A DNA stretch of 64,000 nucleotides from Parcubacteria group bacterium (GCA_016188835.1 JACPHB010000006.1:1877-65876); one strand, 5' to 3'; shown: positions 27,924-37,865, counted from the stretch's first letter. Notes: a model not told the origin generated them from the sequence alone. Numbers and translations are program-made.

Positions 27924-28991
27924 ATGTCAACAATAGAACAAGAATTAGAAGATTTACTTTTAAACACCCTAAAGCTTAATGCGTCAGATTTGCATTTAAG
28001 CGTCGGCTATAAACCGGCCGTGAGAGTTGACGGAAATCTTTTGCCGCTTGAGGACTTTTCGGTTTTAACGGCCGAACACGCGGGAGAATTGGCTTTTTCG
28101 CTTTTAGGGGAAAGAAAAGATGTTTTCCTTGAAAAAAAGGAAATCGATTTTTCTTACGCTTTTCGCGATCTGGCCCGTTTTCGCGTCAATGTTTTTTTGG
28201 AAAAAGGGTTTATAAGCAGCGCTTTAAGATTGATACCTTCAAAAATAAGAACCCTGGGAGAGCTTAATCTGCCCCCGGCGCTTCATAAAATTTCTAAATT
28301 AAAACAGGGCTTCATTTTGTTAACCGGTCCGTCCGGCCATGGCAAATCAACCACCTTGGCGGCGTTAATTGACGAAATTAACCACGAGCGAGCTGAACAC
28401 ATTATAACCATTGAAGATCCGATTGAATATCTTTTTGTCGGAAATAAATCAATTGTTAATCAAAGAGAAATCGGTAACGACACAAAAAGTTTCCATAATG
28501 CTTTAAGCTCTATTTTGAGAGAAGATCCTAACGTTATTATGATTGGAGAAATGCGGGATCCGGAAACTATCGCTGTTGCTTTGACAGCGGCCGAAACTGG
28601 TCATCTTGTGCTTTCATCTCTTCATACAAATAATGCCAGCCAGACCGTTGATCGGATTATTGACGTTTTCCCTCCGGAGCAGCAAAATCAAATTCGGCTT
28701 CAGCTCGCCAACACTCTTTCGGCCATAATTTCCCAGCGGCTTTTGCCCCGCATTTCCGGCGGCCGCATACCGGCGACCGAAATTATGTTCAGCAATAGCG
28801 CCGTCAGCAACTTAATTCGCGAGGCCAAGGCCCATCAAATTGATTTGGTTATTGAAACATCGCTTGAAAACGGCATGATGTCTTTAAATCGCAATTTAGA
28901 TGAATTGATACGCCGAGGCGAAATAACGTCGGAAGTGGCCATGGCCTACACTCTTAATCCGACCGAACTTCAAACACGAATTAATCAATAA
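27924..28991 (+). CDS. pilT: PilT retraction ATPase
   Basis: ASDLHL, GPSGHGKSTT, TIEDPIE, AAETGHL, NLIRE. Confidence 0.93.
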   Translation: MSTIEQELEDLLLNTLKLNASDLHLSVGYKPAVRVDGNLLPLEDFSVLTAEHAGELAFSLLGERKDVFLEKKEIDFSYAFRDLARFRVNVFLEKGFISSALRLIPSKIRTLGELNLPPALHKISKLKQGFILLTGPSGHGKSTTLAALIDEINHERAEHIITIEDPIEYLFVGNKSIVNQREIGNDTKSFHNALSSILREDPNVIMIGEMRDPETIAVALTAAETGHLVLSSLHTNNASQTVDRIIDVFPPEQQNQIRLQLANTLSAIISQRLLPRISGGRIPATEIMFSNSAVSNLIREAKAHQIDLVIETSLENGMMSLNRNLDELIRRGEITSEVAMAYTLNPTELQTRINQ

Positions 28992-29007
28992 TTTTAAATA
29001 TTTCAAA

Positions 29008-30237
29008 ATGGCGAAATTTCAATATACCGCAAGGAATAAAGAAGGAAAATCGGAATCCGATATCGCGGAGGCTTCGTCGCTTGAAGCGGCTATTTCAATG
29101 CTGCAGAACCAGCAATTAGTTATTATTGAAATCAAGCCGTTTATAGAAGCGGAATATCTGAATTTGAATATATTTACAAAACAGATTGCTGCTTTTTTTA
29201 ATAGGATTAAAAGCGAAGATATTGTTCTTTTTAGTAAGCAATTAGCAATTTTAATTCAGGCAAAGGTTCCTTTGGTCCAATCGCTTAGGGTTTTAACAAA
29301 ACAGACCGAAAATCCAAATTTTTCCAATATTATTAACGCTGTGGCTGACGATGTCGATGCCGGAATGATATTTTCAAGAGCTTTATCAAAATATCCCGCG
29401 GTCTTTTCTAATTTTTTTATTCAAATGACACGATCGGGTGAAATTTCCGGCCGCTTGGAAGAGACCTTAACTTATCTTTCCGATTATATTAATAAACAAT
29501 ATCTTTTAAATTCTAAGGCCAAAGGAGCGATGATTTATCCGGCTTTTATTGTTGGCGCGTTTATTATCGTTGGCGTATTGATGCTGATTTTTGTCGTTCC
29601 TAATTTAACTTCAATTTTGGTGGAGTCGGGCCAACAACTACCTTTTGTTACCCGTCTTCTAATAGGGACGGCCAATTTTACCAAAAACTGGGGCTGGATC
29701 GTATTTATAATTTTAGGCGCTATGATTTATTTTATTCGGGCTTCTATTAAAAAATCTCCGGAATGGCGATATACTTATGATGGGTTAAAATTGCGTTTTC
29801 CGATTTTTGGCGAACTCTTAAAAAAAATATATCTGGCGCGTTTTTCAGAAACATTGTCAACGCTTTCTTCGGCCGGTATTGCCATTAGTCAGTCGCTTGA
29901 AATAACGGCTGACGTAGTCGGCAATTCGGTTTATAAACGGATTATCCTTGAAGCCGATGAAGCGGTTCGCAAAGGAAGTAATATCAGTGTGGTTTTTGCC
30001 CGTTATCAGCAAATCCTGCCGATGGTTACCCAAATGATATCAATCGGCGAGCAAACCGGAAAACTTGACTCCATTCTTAAACAAATATCGGCTTTTTTTA
30101 CCGAAGAAGTTAATAGGGCTTTCGATAATATCGTCAATCTTATTGAACCAATTTTAATTGTAGTGTTAGGGGCGGGTGTGGGTATCTTAGTTGCGGCGAT
30201 TTTGCTTCCGATATATAATTTAGTTAATGCGTTTTAA
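29008..30237 (+). CDS. pilC: PilC/GspF platform protein
   Basis: two GE.(S/T)G.L repeats, AMIYP, LIEP. Confidence 0.93.
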   Translation: MAKFQYTARNKEGKSESDIAEASSLEAAISMLQNQQLVIIEIKPFIEAEYLNLNIFTKQIAAFFNRIKSEDIVLFSKQLAILIQAKVPLVQSLRVLTKQTENPNFSNIINAVADDVDAGMIFSRALSKYPAVFSNFFIQMTRSGEISGRLEETLTYLSDYINKQYLLNSKAKGAMIYPAFIVGAFIIVGVLMLIFVVPNLTSILVESGQQLPFVTRLLIGTANFTKNWGWIVFIILGAMIYFIRASIKKSPEWRYTYDGLKLRFPIFGELLKKIYLARFSETLSTLSSAGIAISQSLEITADVVGNSVYKRIILEADEAVRKGSNISVVFARYQQILPMVTQMISIGEQTGKLDSILKQISAFFTEEVNRAFDNIVNLIEPILIVVLGAGVGILVAAILLPIYNLVNAF

Positions 30238-30306
30238 AAAATCCTATAAGCCCTATAGGTCGTATAGGTCGTATAGGTCGATTAAAATTAATTAAAAATA
30301 AAATTT

Positions 30307-30855
30307 ATGTTTAAAAATAAAAAAGAAAAAGAGCTTGCCCTGAGTTCATCGAAGGGTTTCACTCTTTTGGAACTTTTAGTTGTTATAGGCATTATTGGGC
30401 TTTTAGCATCAATTCTGGTGCTTAATTTAACTAGCGCCAGAAGAAGAGCCAGGGACACAAAAAGAGTTGCCGATGTCAGAAATCTTCAGACCGCGACAGA
30501 GGATTATTTTGGCAAGAACGGCAAATATCCCGCTACAATTGCCAATTTGGTTTCCGATGGCCATATACCTGTATGGCCGCTTGATCCTTTGGCTCCGACG
30601 GGGACAAGCTGTTCCGGGAACAATGATAACTGTTATTACTATGCCATTTATCCGGCAACAAATCCCTATTCATACCACTTTGGAGCAAGTATGGAAGATA
30701 CGGGCAGTCAGCTTTTAAATCAGGACCGGGATTGCAATTCTATTACCGGCGCCGGCTGTCCTTACACCAGTCCTTACACCAACAACTTTAACGGCGGTGA
30801 TACAACAGGATGCGGCGGGGCGACAAACAGATACTGTTATGATATTGCTCAGTAG
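30307..30855 (+). CDS. type IV pilin
   Basis: G|FTLLELLVVIGIIG prepilin motif, Cys-rich C-terminus. Confidence 0.9.
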   Translation: MFKNKKEKELALSSSKGFTLLELLVVIGIIGLLASILVLNLTSARRRARDTKRVADVRNLQTATEDYFGKNGKYPATIANLVSDGHIPVWPLDPLAPTGTSCSGNNDNCYYYAIYPATNPYSYHFGASMEDTGSQLLNQDRDCNSITGAGCPYTSPYTNNFNGGDTTGCGGATNRYCYDIAQ

Positions 30856-31669
30856 TTTTGTATTCGGGCTTGTTTTTGGAAGTTTTTTGAACGTTGTGAT
30901 TTATCGCCTTAAGAGCGGTCGGAATATAGTTTTCGACCGCTCTTTCTGTTCCGATTGTCTAACTCAATTAAAATGGCACGATTTAGTGCCAATTTTAAGT
31001 TTTATTTGGCTTCTGGGACGATGCCGTTATTGTAAGAAAAAAATTTCTTGGCAATACCCTGTTGTTGAAATTTTATCAGGGCTGATTTGGGTTGGTGTTT
31101 TTTATCAAAATTTCAACAATTTACAATTGTTTAATATTTTTTATCAAATTTTCACTTTTTCCATTTTTCTGGTTATTGCAGTTTATGATTTTAAATGGAA
31201 AATAATTCCTGATAAAATCGTCTATCCGGCGATTATTATTGTTTTTTTATATAATATTTTTAACTCTGTAAATGTTGGAAATGTAAATGTTGGAAACCGA
31301 GTTTCTAACATTTTTAAATATATAAATATTGAAATATTTATATATCCGCTTTTAACCGCCATTATCGTATTTTTGTTTTTTTTCGCAATCTATTATTTTT
31401 CTTCCGGCCGTGCCATGGGCCTCGGCGACGCTAAGCTAGCGTTTTTAATTGGTTTGTTTTTTAGTCCAGTATCCACAGTCGCGGCCTTAATTGCGGCTTT
31501 TGTTATTGGCGCCGTTTTTGGTATAATCTTATTAGCGCTTGGCGCAATCTTTCCTCGTTATAAAAAATGGGGGATGAAAAGCCAAATCGCTTTCGGCCCC
31601 TTTTTAGTTATCGGCGCTACTATTGCTTTTTTCTTTTCAAACTTTATTTATAAGTTTATAAATTTTTAA
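30839..31669 (+). CDS. pilD: prepilin peptidase (A24)
   Basis: GSFLNV..YR, CxxC pairs, MGLGD.KL, FGPFL; start moved to ATG 30839. Confidence 0.92.
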   Translation: MILLSSFVFGLVFGSFLNVVIYRLKSGRNIVFDRSFCSDCLTQLKWHDLVPILSFIWLLGRCRYCKKKISWQYPVVEILSGLIWVGVFYQNFNNLQLFNIFYQIFTFSIFLVIAVYDFKWKIIPDKIVYPAIIIVFLYNIFNSVNVGNVNVGNRVSNIFKYINIEIFIYPLLTAIIVFLFFFAIYYFSSGRAMGLGDAKLAFLIGLFFSPVSTVAALIAAFVIGAVFGIILLALGAIFPRYKKWGMKSQIAFGPFLVIGATIAFFFSNFIYKFINF

Positions 31670-31671
31670 AT

Positions 31672-32181
31672 ATGTTTCAACGAAATCAAGAAGGATTCAC
31701 ATTAATAGAACTTCTGGTGGCTGTTGGCATCATTGGCCTTCTGGCGGCCATTATTACGATAAATATCCAATCTGTCCGTCAGAAAGCCCGTTGCGCCAAA
31801 CGCCGCGCCGATATAACTTCAGTCCAGGTTCCTTTGGAGGCCTATTACGATGCTCAAATCCCAAAAGCCTATCCCAACACCGCCGGTGAATGGTGGGGCA
31901 TTAATCCCTCTTATGGCGGCCACGATGTTACCGGCAGTGACGGCTGGATTCCCAATCTGGCTCCGACATATATTAAGCGCCTTCCAAGCGACCCGAATGA
32001 TAGTGGTACTACAAGAACATATCTTTATAAATCGGATGCGTCAAACTATAAAGTTTTATCATATTATCCCAACACCGATGGCTGTACTTTGGGTGATTCA
32101 AAAGACACTCTTTATGATCCGGTAAGAACCACTTATGCTTGGATGGTTTGCTCCGGCGAACCTGCCTGTAGCACTTGGTAA
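31672..32181 (+). CDS. type IV pilin / GspG-like
   Basis: G|FTLIELLV, LP.DP. Confidence 0.88.
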   Translation: MFQRNQEGFTLIELLVAVGIIGLLAAIITINIQSVRQKARCAKRRADITSVQVPLEAYYDAQIPKAYPNTAGEWWGINPSYGGHDVTGSDGWIPNLAPTYIKRLPSDPNDSGTTRTYLYKSDASNYKVLSYYPNTDGCTLGDSKDTLYDPVRTTYAWMVCSGEPACSTW

Positions 32182-32205
32182 AAAACATTTAGTATAATTT
32201 AAAAT

Positions 32206-32628
32206 ATGAAAAAAAATAAAAAAAAAGATGATTATATTTTGATAATTTCAGCTGTTTTCCTTTTGATTTTAAGCGGATTTTTGATTTTTTCATTTTCATC
32301 TAATCGATTTTTTCCGCCATTACCAACCGCAAATATTATCGGCGAAGCATCTTTAACTATAGATTTTGGCAATGGTGAAAGGCGCGCCTTTAAAGGCGAA
32401 ATAGTTGAGAATGAAAATCTTATGAGCGTTTTAAATCAGGCCGCAAAAGCGGGAAATCTGCGTTATAAATTGGATGAAGGGAATAATGTTGCTACTATTG
32501 AAAATTTTACTGCGAATAAAACAAAAACATGGCAATGGCATATCAATGGTAAAAAAGTTGAAAAACCATTTTATGAAATTATTGTAAATCCTAGTGATGA
32601 AATTTTGATAAAATATGCTCAAAAATAA
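32206..32628 (+). CDS. DUF4430-like single-TM protein
   Basis: W.W.ING....D.I...Y pattern. Confidence 0.65.
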   Translation: MKKNKKKDDYILIISAVFLLILSGFLIFSFSSNRFFPPLPTANIIGEASLTIDFGNGERRAFKGEIVENENLMSVLNQAAKAGNLRYKLDEGNNVATIENFTANKTKTWQWHINGKKVEKPFYEIIVNPSDEILIKYAQK

Positions 32629-33151
32629 TATCCCAAAAGGATTTACTCTCATTGAGATACTGGTTGTTTTAGCGATCATTGTTATTATTACGAGCGTTGT
32701 TATTTTTAATATCGGATCAGAGCGGCAAAATTCGGCGCTTTTAAGATCAGTTCAAAAACTTTCTTTAGATTTGCGCCGAGCCCAATCTTTCGCGCTTTCT
32801 TCAAAAGTTTTTAAGACCATTGGTATTCCCTGCGGTTGGGGCGTACACTTTAACGGTATGGGTTCAGATAATTATGTAATTTTTGCCGATTTAGCTTTAA
32901 ATCCGAATTGTTCTGACAGAGATTTTATAAGAGCCGCTGATGGTTCCGAAGATTTTGAAACCATATATTTAGAATCAGGAATAACGGTTAACAGTTTAAG
33001 CAGTGGTCTTAGCGACATTGTTTTCACGCCTCCGGAACCAACTGTAACATTTACTCCAGCTCAAACGTCATCGAGTATCACTTTAATCAACATAAATTCT
33101 GTAACTCGCGCGATTAATATTAATAAAACCGGATTTATTTCATCACCATGA
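32615..33151 (+). CDS. minor pilin (FimT/GspH-like)
   Basis: G|FTLIEILVV. Confidence 0.85.
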   Translation: MLKNNIPKGFTLIEILVVLAIIVIITSVVIFNIGSERQNSALLRSVQKLSLDLRRAQSFALSSKVFKTIGIPCGWGVHFNGMGSDNYVIFADLALNPNCSDRDFIRAADGSEDFETIYLESGITVNSLSSGLSDIVFTPPEPTVTFTPAQTSSSITLININSVTRAININKTGFISSP

Positions 33152-33612
33152 GGGGATTTACTTTAATCGAGACCATAGTAGCGGTTGGCATTATTGTAAT
33201 TGGATTAGTTGCGGCTTTAACGTTAATAACTAATTCTCTTTTTTACGTTTCCAATATTGGCGATCGTTTAATTGCCGCCAATTTAACAGCCGAAGGCTTA
33301 GAGGTGGTTAGAAATATCAGAGATAACAACTGGCTTCAAAGTTTGTCTTGGAATAATGGTCTTGCTAATGGAGATTACCAGGCCTCGTATAATTCAATTG
33401 CTCTCTTTCCATATACCGGCGATTCGCTTTTATTTGATTCCGCCAGCGGACTTTATAGTTATAGTTCTGGTATAAATACTCCCTATATAAGGAAAATTTC
33501 TATCTCCAATCTTTCGGGTTATGAAATTCGCATTATTTCTACCGTAACTTGGCAAAGGAGAGGTATTACTTACAGTAATTCTGCGGAAAACCATCTTTTT
33601 AATTGGAAATAA
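33148..33612 (+). CDS. minor pilin (PilV-like)
   Basis: G|FTLIETIVA, EGLE.VRN.RD. Confidence 0.85.
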   Translation: MRGFTLIETIVAVGIIVIGLVAALTLITNSLFYVSNIGDRLIAANLTAEGLEVVRNIRDNNWLQSLSWNNGLANGDYQASYNSIALFPYTGDSLLFDSASGLYSYSSGINTPYIRKISISNLSGYEIRIISTVTWQRRGITYSNSAENHLFNWK

Positions 33613-33613
33613 A

Positions 33614-34123
33614 ATGCCTAAAATTAAAAATTACAATAAAGAAAACGGTTTGACGATGATAGAACTAATAGTCGCTATCGGTGTTTTTGGTTTAGTTGTT
33701 GGAATGACCGTCGGTATTTTTGTATTGTCAATTATTAGCCAGCGCCGCATTATTGCTTTGAGAAACGCAGAAGATAATATTCGGTTTGCTGTTGAGGCAA
33801 TGGCAAGAGAAATGAAAACGGGAAAAAATTTCAGCGGAGGAGGCAGTTCGGTTTCTTTTACCAATGCCAAAGGAGAGGCGACTGTTTACCGTTTAAATAG
33901 CAATATTATTGAAAAATCTTCTGATGGGGGAGTAAGTTATTCAGCTGTTAGCGGCGCCGAAGTAATAGTTGATTATTTAAATTTTTATTTAATGGGCCAG
34001 GCAATTAGCGATGGTTTAGAACCGAGGGTTACTATTGCGATTGGCGTTACAAGTATTGTTGGCAGTCAAACTGCTAATTTAAAAATTCAAACAACAATTA
34101 GCGAAAGATTATTGCAGAATTAA
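33614..34123 (+). CDS. minor pilin (PilW-like)
   Basis: G|LTMIELIVA. Confidence 0.85.
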   Translation: MPKIKNYNKENGLTMIELIVAIGVFGLVVGMTVGIFVLSIISQRRIIALRNAEDNIRFAVEAMAREMKTGKNFSGGGSSVSFTNAKGEATVYRLNSNIIEKSSDGGVSYSAVSGAEVIVDYLNFYLMGQAISDGLEPRVTIAIGVTSIVGSQTANLKIQTTISERLLQN

Positions 34124-34500
34124 TGGCATTTTTTTCAATATTATTTATGAAAAAATTTCAAAACAATAAACAGAATATCGCTCAAAATGGTATCGCGCTT
34201 CTTTTAACAGTAGTAATTTTGTCTATTGTAACCCTAATTGCTGTTTTAATCGCTAATATTGTGATCGTTCAACTAAAGTTAGCTAAAGATATCGGCGATT
34301 CTCAAGTGGCAATTTATGCCGCTGATTCCGGGGTTGAATGGCAATTATATCAAATTAAAAAAGGCGTTTCAGTTGCTTCTCCGGTAATGTTAAATGGATC
34401 TACTGTTGTTACTACGGTTACCGGTGTAGCGCCCAGTTTTACTATAAAATCTCTCGGCTCATACCAATCAGTAAAACGTCAATTTGAGGTAAGTTTTTAG
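34123..34500 (+). CDS. PilX-like minor pilin
   Basis: G|IALLL (no Glu5), A.YAADSG.E; start may be the downstream ATG. Confidence 0.8.
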   Translation: MAFFSILFMKKFQNNKQNIAQNGIALLLTVVILSIVTLIAVLIANIVIVQLKLAKDIGDSQVAIYAADSGVEWQLYQIKKGVSVASPVMLNGSTVVTTVTGVAPSFTIKSLGSYQSVKRQFEVSF

Positions 34501-34592
34501 CTTATCCACAGTTCAATAGCTGCGAAGCGTTTTTATTTTTGGTATAATAAAACAGTGTTTTTACATATCGCAACTGCGATAACTCTCACATT

Positions 34593-35162
34593 ATGATCGA
34601 AAACGAAAATAAATATTTATCGCTTAAAACCGCGGCCGGATTATATGGCTATACCCGGGATCATTTAGGCCTTATGATAAGACAAGGCAAGCTTCAAGGA
34701 CTAAAATTGGGGAGCTATTATGTTACAACGAATGATTGGATGATAGACTACCTAAAAAAATATGCCGATTTGGATCACTCTCATGTTAAAGGTAAATTTT
34801 CAAATAAATTTTTAACACAAGTTTTTAACGCGAAAGAAAATAAAAAAAATAAAGAAAATAAAATTTCTTCCGGTGGTATTAGTGAAGAAAAAAACAAAGC
34901 GCTTCAAAAAAACATTTCAAATAAACTCGAAGACGATTTTTTTGGAAATATAAACAAAGAATTATTGCCTTCTCTGCGAGAATTATCCGCGGCTCAAGTA
35001 AAAACCAGCATCTCTTCTGTTTCTTCTGCTGTAAGCTATATAAATTCTGGCAATCCATATGTAATTTTACCGATAAGACAAATGGAAGAATCGGAGCGAG
35101 AAAATATTCTTAAAAAAATTTCTGATTGCGATAGATCAAAAAACGAACAAGAAGCAGTATAA
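34593..35162 (+). CDS. HTH (excisionase/MerR-like) domain protein
   Basis: YLSLK.AA..YGYTRDHLG..IRQGKL...KLG..YVTT..W. Confidence 0.78.
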   Translation: MIENENKYLSLKTAAGLYGYTRDHLGLMIRQGKLQGLKLGSYYVTTNDWMIDYLKKYADLDHSHVKGKFSNKFLTQVFNAKENKKNKENKISSGGISEEKNKALQKNISNKLEDDFFGNINKELLPSLRELSAAQVKTSISSVSSAVSYINSGNPYVILPIRQMEESERENILKKISDCDRSKNEQEAV

Positions 35163-35321
35163 GTGGTCTAAGCGGCAAAAATAATAAATACAACTGAAAT
35201 AATAAAATATATAAAAATTTTTCGGAATACATCCATCAATGAACAAGCCGGAAAATGGCTACCATGGCTAAATTTTATCCGTCCAACCGGCGAATTGCGG
35301 TTATTGCTACGGTAGATTCAA

Positions 35322-35526
35322 AATAATAAATAAATCATTTTCCTCGCCCCGCATACAACTTGTTGTTGTGCGGGGCTCGCGCTCTCGGTCGCCCAGCGAC
35401 TCCCTCGCTGTCCGATGAAAGCGTTTTATTCAAAATGCAGGTATAATTCCGATCGGAATTAAACATGCATTTTGAAACCATGCTAAAACGCTTTCATAAG
35501 CTTCGGAAAATAATTTATTTGTCATT
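35322..35526. repeat. structured palindromic element, family D copy 2 (with nested insertion)
   Basis: shares gctctcggtcgcccagcg, ctcgctgtccgatgaaagcgttttattc and gaaaccatgctaaaacgctttcataagcttcggaaaa with 21156-21304. Confidence 0.85.
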
Positions 35527-36070
35527 TCTAGGAACTCTCGGAGCTCTGCGAGCTGGTATCGTTAGAGATTTATCTCTGATGATATTGGTCTCGCCGTAGG
35601 CGAGTCGCAGAGCGAGAGTGAATGCGATTCGCCGCTGGAGCGAAGTGACATGTTTCTAAGAAATGATATTGGCAGGCGAAAAAACACATTTAGTGTTTAT
35701 AAGTTGTTAACAGAATGTTTAAAGATTGTTAAGAAGATGTTATTAAGTCCGACGCAAGGTTGGACTCCGATTCTTACTTTGTGAGACGTCGGAGTTATCC
35801 ACAGATGACGAATTTAATGTAAAATCAAAAACGGTGTCAAGATCAAATTTTAGCGGCAATTTTTGGTTAAATAATATCAAACAAAAATTTTCATAATTTA
35901 AAATAATATATCGCAAATTTTCGGCTTAATAACGAAATTATTTCGCGAGATGCGTTATGCTGGTTGAAGTATTAAATTGATTTTAAATTTTTAATATTTT
36001 CCAATAATTAATTGAAATTATACACAATTTGATTTTGATACTTTTATTAGTTATGATAAATAATCATCTT

Positions 36071-36736
36071 ATGACTAAGAAGAAACATTTATTAAAAGAA
36101 ACTGCCACCGAGCATTATTCCCACATGAAGTATAAGATTTGCGTTTCGGGGGCGGCGGAGATCGAACATTGTGGCCAAAACGCTCTGGAATTAGCCGAAC
36201 AAATGGGGCGTGAGATTGTGTGCAATAACGGCGTGGTTTTAACGGGCGCCACTACTGGTATTCCTTACTTTGCAGCGCGCGGCGCCAAAGAAGCTGGCGG
36301 GATTTCTATAGGTTTGTCGCCGGCGGCTACAGAGAGAGCTCACGTCAGAAGTTATCATTTGCCCACCGATTTTTTTGATTTGATTATTTATACCGGTTTT
36401 GATTATTCCGGACGCAACCTGCTTCTCACTCGTAGCGCCGATGCCGTAATTTTAATTTGCGGCCGCATGGGCACTTTGAATGAATTTACCATCGCTTTTG
36501 AAGACAAAAAGCCAATCGGAATTCTCGAAGGAACCGGTGGCACTGCCGATATGATAAGAGAGATTGTTAAAAAATCTCATCGTGGTTTCGGAAAAATTGT
36601 TTATGATTCGGATCCTAAACGACTTTTAGAAAAACTTCTGAAGTTAATTAAAAAAGAAAAAGTTGTTCTTGTGAAAGAAGAGTTAAAGAACCATAACGCT
36701 AAACACGGAAAAAATAACAGTTATGGCCGAGAATAA
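36071..36736 (+). CDS. LOG/TIGR00725-family Rossmann-fold protein
   Basis: TGATTGIP, RN..L.RSADA, GTLNE. Confidence 0.82.
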   Translation: MTKKKHLLKETATEHYSHMKYKICVSGAAEIEHCGQNALELAEQMGREIVCNNGVVLTGATTGIPYFAARGAKEAGGISIGLSPAATERAHVRSYHLPTDFFDLIIYTGFDYSGRNLLLTRSADAVILICGRMGTLNEFTIAFEDKKPIGILEGTGGTADMIREIVKKSHRGFGKIVYDSDPKRLLEKLLKLIKKEKVVLVKEELKNHNAKHGKNNSYGRE

Positions 36737-37865
36737 ACAAAACGGTAATTTTTGGCTGGCGGTTTTTTCTCTTGTCGGCACCACTATCGGCGCCGGCATT
36801 TTTAGTTTGCCTTACGCTTTTTTTAAATCCGGCTTTCTTATTGGATTTTTAGAGTTTGTCGCTCTTGTTGCCGCGGTTTTATTGATCCAACTAATTATTG
36901 GCGAAATTGCTTTAAGAACCAAAGGGAAAAAACGCTTTATCGGATATGCCGAGCAGTATCTCGGCTACAGGTGGAAATTATTTGTAACCATTTCAACTCT
37001 TTTAGGAGGAATTGGCGTTATTTTGGTTTACATAATTTTAGCCGGCAATTTTCTTTCATTTATTATCGGTAAAAGCGCTGTCTCAAGTTCTTTAATTTTT
37101 TTTGCTGTTTGGTTTTTATTTATCTTGACTAAACCAAGAATATTCGGCAAAACCGAATTAATTTTTAGTTTTTCAATAATTTCAATTATTATATTGATTT
37201 CATCGTTTAATATCGGTTATATAAATTTTAATAATTTTAAAGATTTTAATGTCGATAATGTTCTTTTGCCTTACGGCGTTATTTTATTCGCCATTTCTGG
37301 TTATTATGTAATACCGGAAATGGAAGATATAATAGGAACTTCAAAACGAAAATTAAAAAAAGCCATAATTTTTGGCACTCTCATTCCCGCAGCTGTATAC
37401 TTGTTTTTTATTTTTATCGTTTTGGGTGTCTCTGGCAGTTTAACTTCGCCCGACGCCATTTCTGGTCTGGCCGGCGCTTCAAATTCAAAAATAACTCTTT
37501 TGCTCGGATCGTTTTTAGGGCTTTTAGCGGTTTCTGAAGCTTCGCTGAGTTATGGAATATATATCAAAGAAACGCTTTGGTACGACTTTAAAATTAACAA
37601 ATGGCTGGCATGGTTTCTAACCGGAGCGGCTCCTTTAGCGTTGTTTTTAATGGGGGCAAGAAATTTAATAATGATCATCGGTATTGTCGGCGCTTTATTT
37701 TTCGCTTTTCATGCCATTGTCGTTTTATTGATCCATAAAAAATCAAAATCGTCGGAAATTAAACCTGATTATGAGATAAAACTGCCGAATTTTGTTTATT
37801 ATTTAGTCGGGCTCGCGGCGATTTTTGGAGCTTTGCTTGAGGTTTGGTATAGTTTGTCCCTATAG
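36723..37865 (+). CDS. aromatic amino acid permease-like transporter
   Basis: GTTIGAGIFSLPY, multiple TM helices. Confidence 0.85.
   Translation: MAENKQNGNFWLAVFSLVGTTIGAGIFSLPYAFFKSGFLIGFLEFVALVAAVLLIQLIIGEIALRTKGKKRFIGYAEQYLGYRWKLFVTISTLLGGIGVILVYIILAGNFLSFIIGKSAVSSSLIFFAVWFLFILTKPRIFGKTELIFSFSIISIIILISSFNIGYINFNNFKDFNVDNVLLPYGVILFAISGYYVIPEMEDIIGTSKRKLKKAIIFGTLIPAAVYLFFIFIVLGVSGSLTSPDAISGLAGASNSKITLLLGSFLGLLAVSEASLSYGIYIKETLWYDFKINKWLAWFLTGAAPLALFLMGARNLIMIIGIVGALFFAFHAIVVLLIHKKSKSSEIKPDYEIKLPNFVYYLVGLAAIFGALLEVWYSLSL

Noticed and set aside
35163-36070. Replication origin
   Set aside because: Only one perfect DnaA box, and no dnaA/dnaN nearby.
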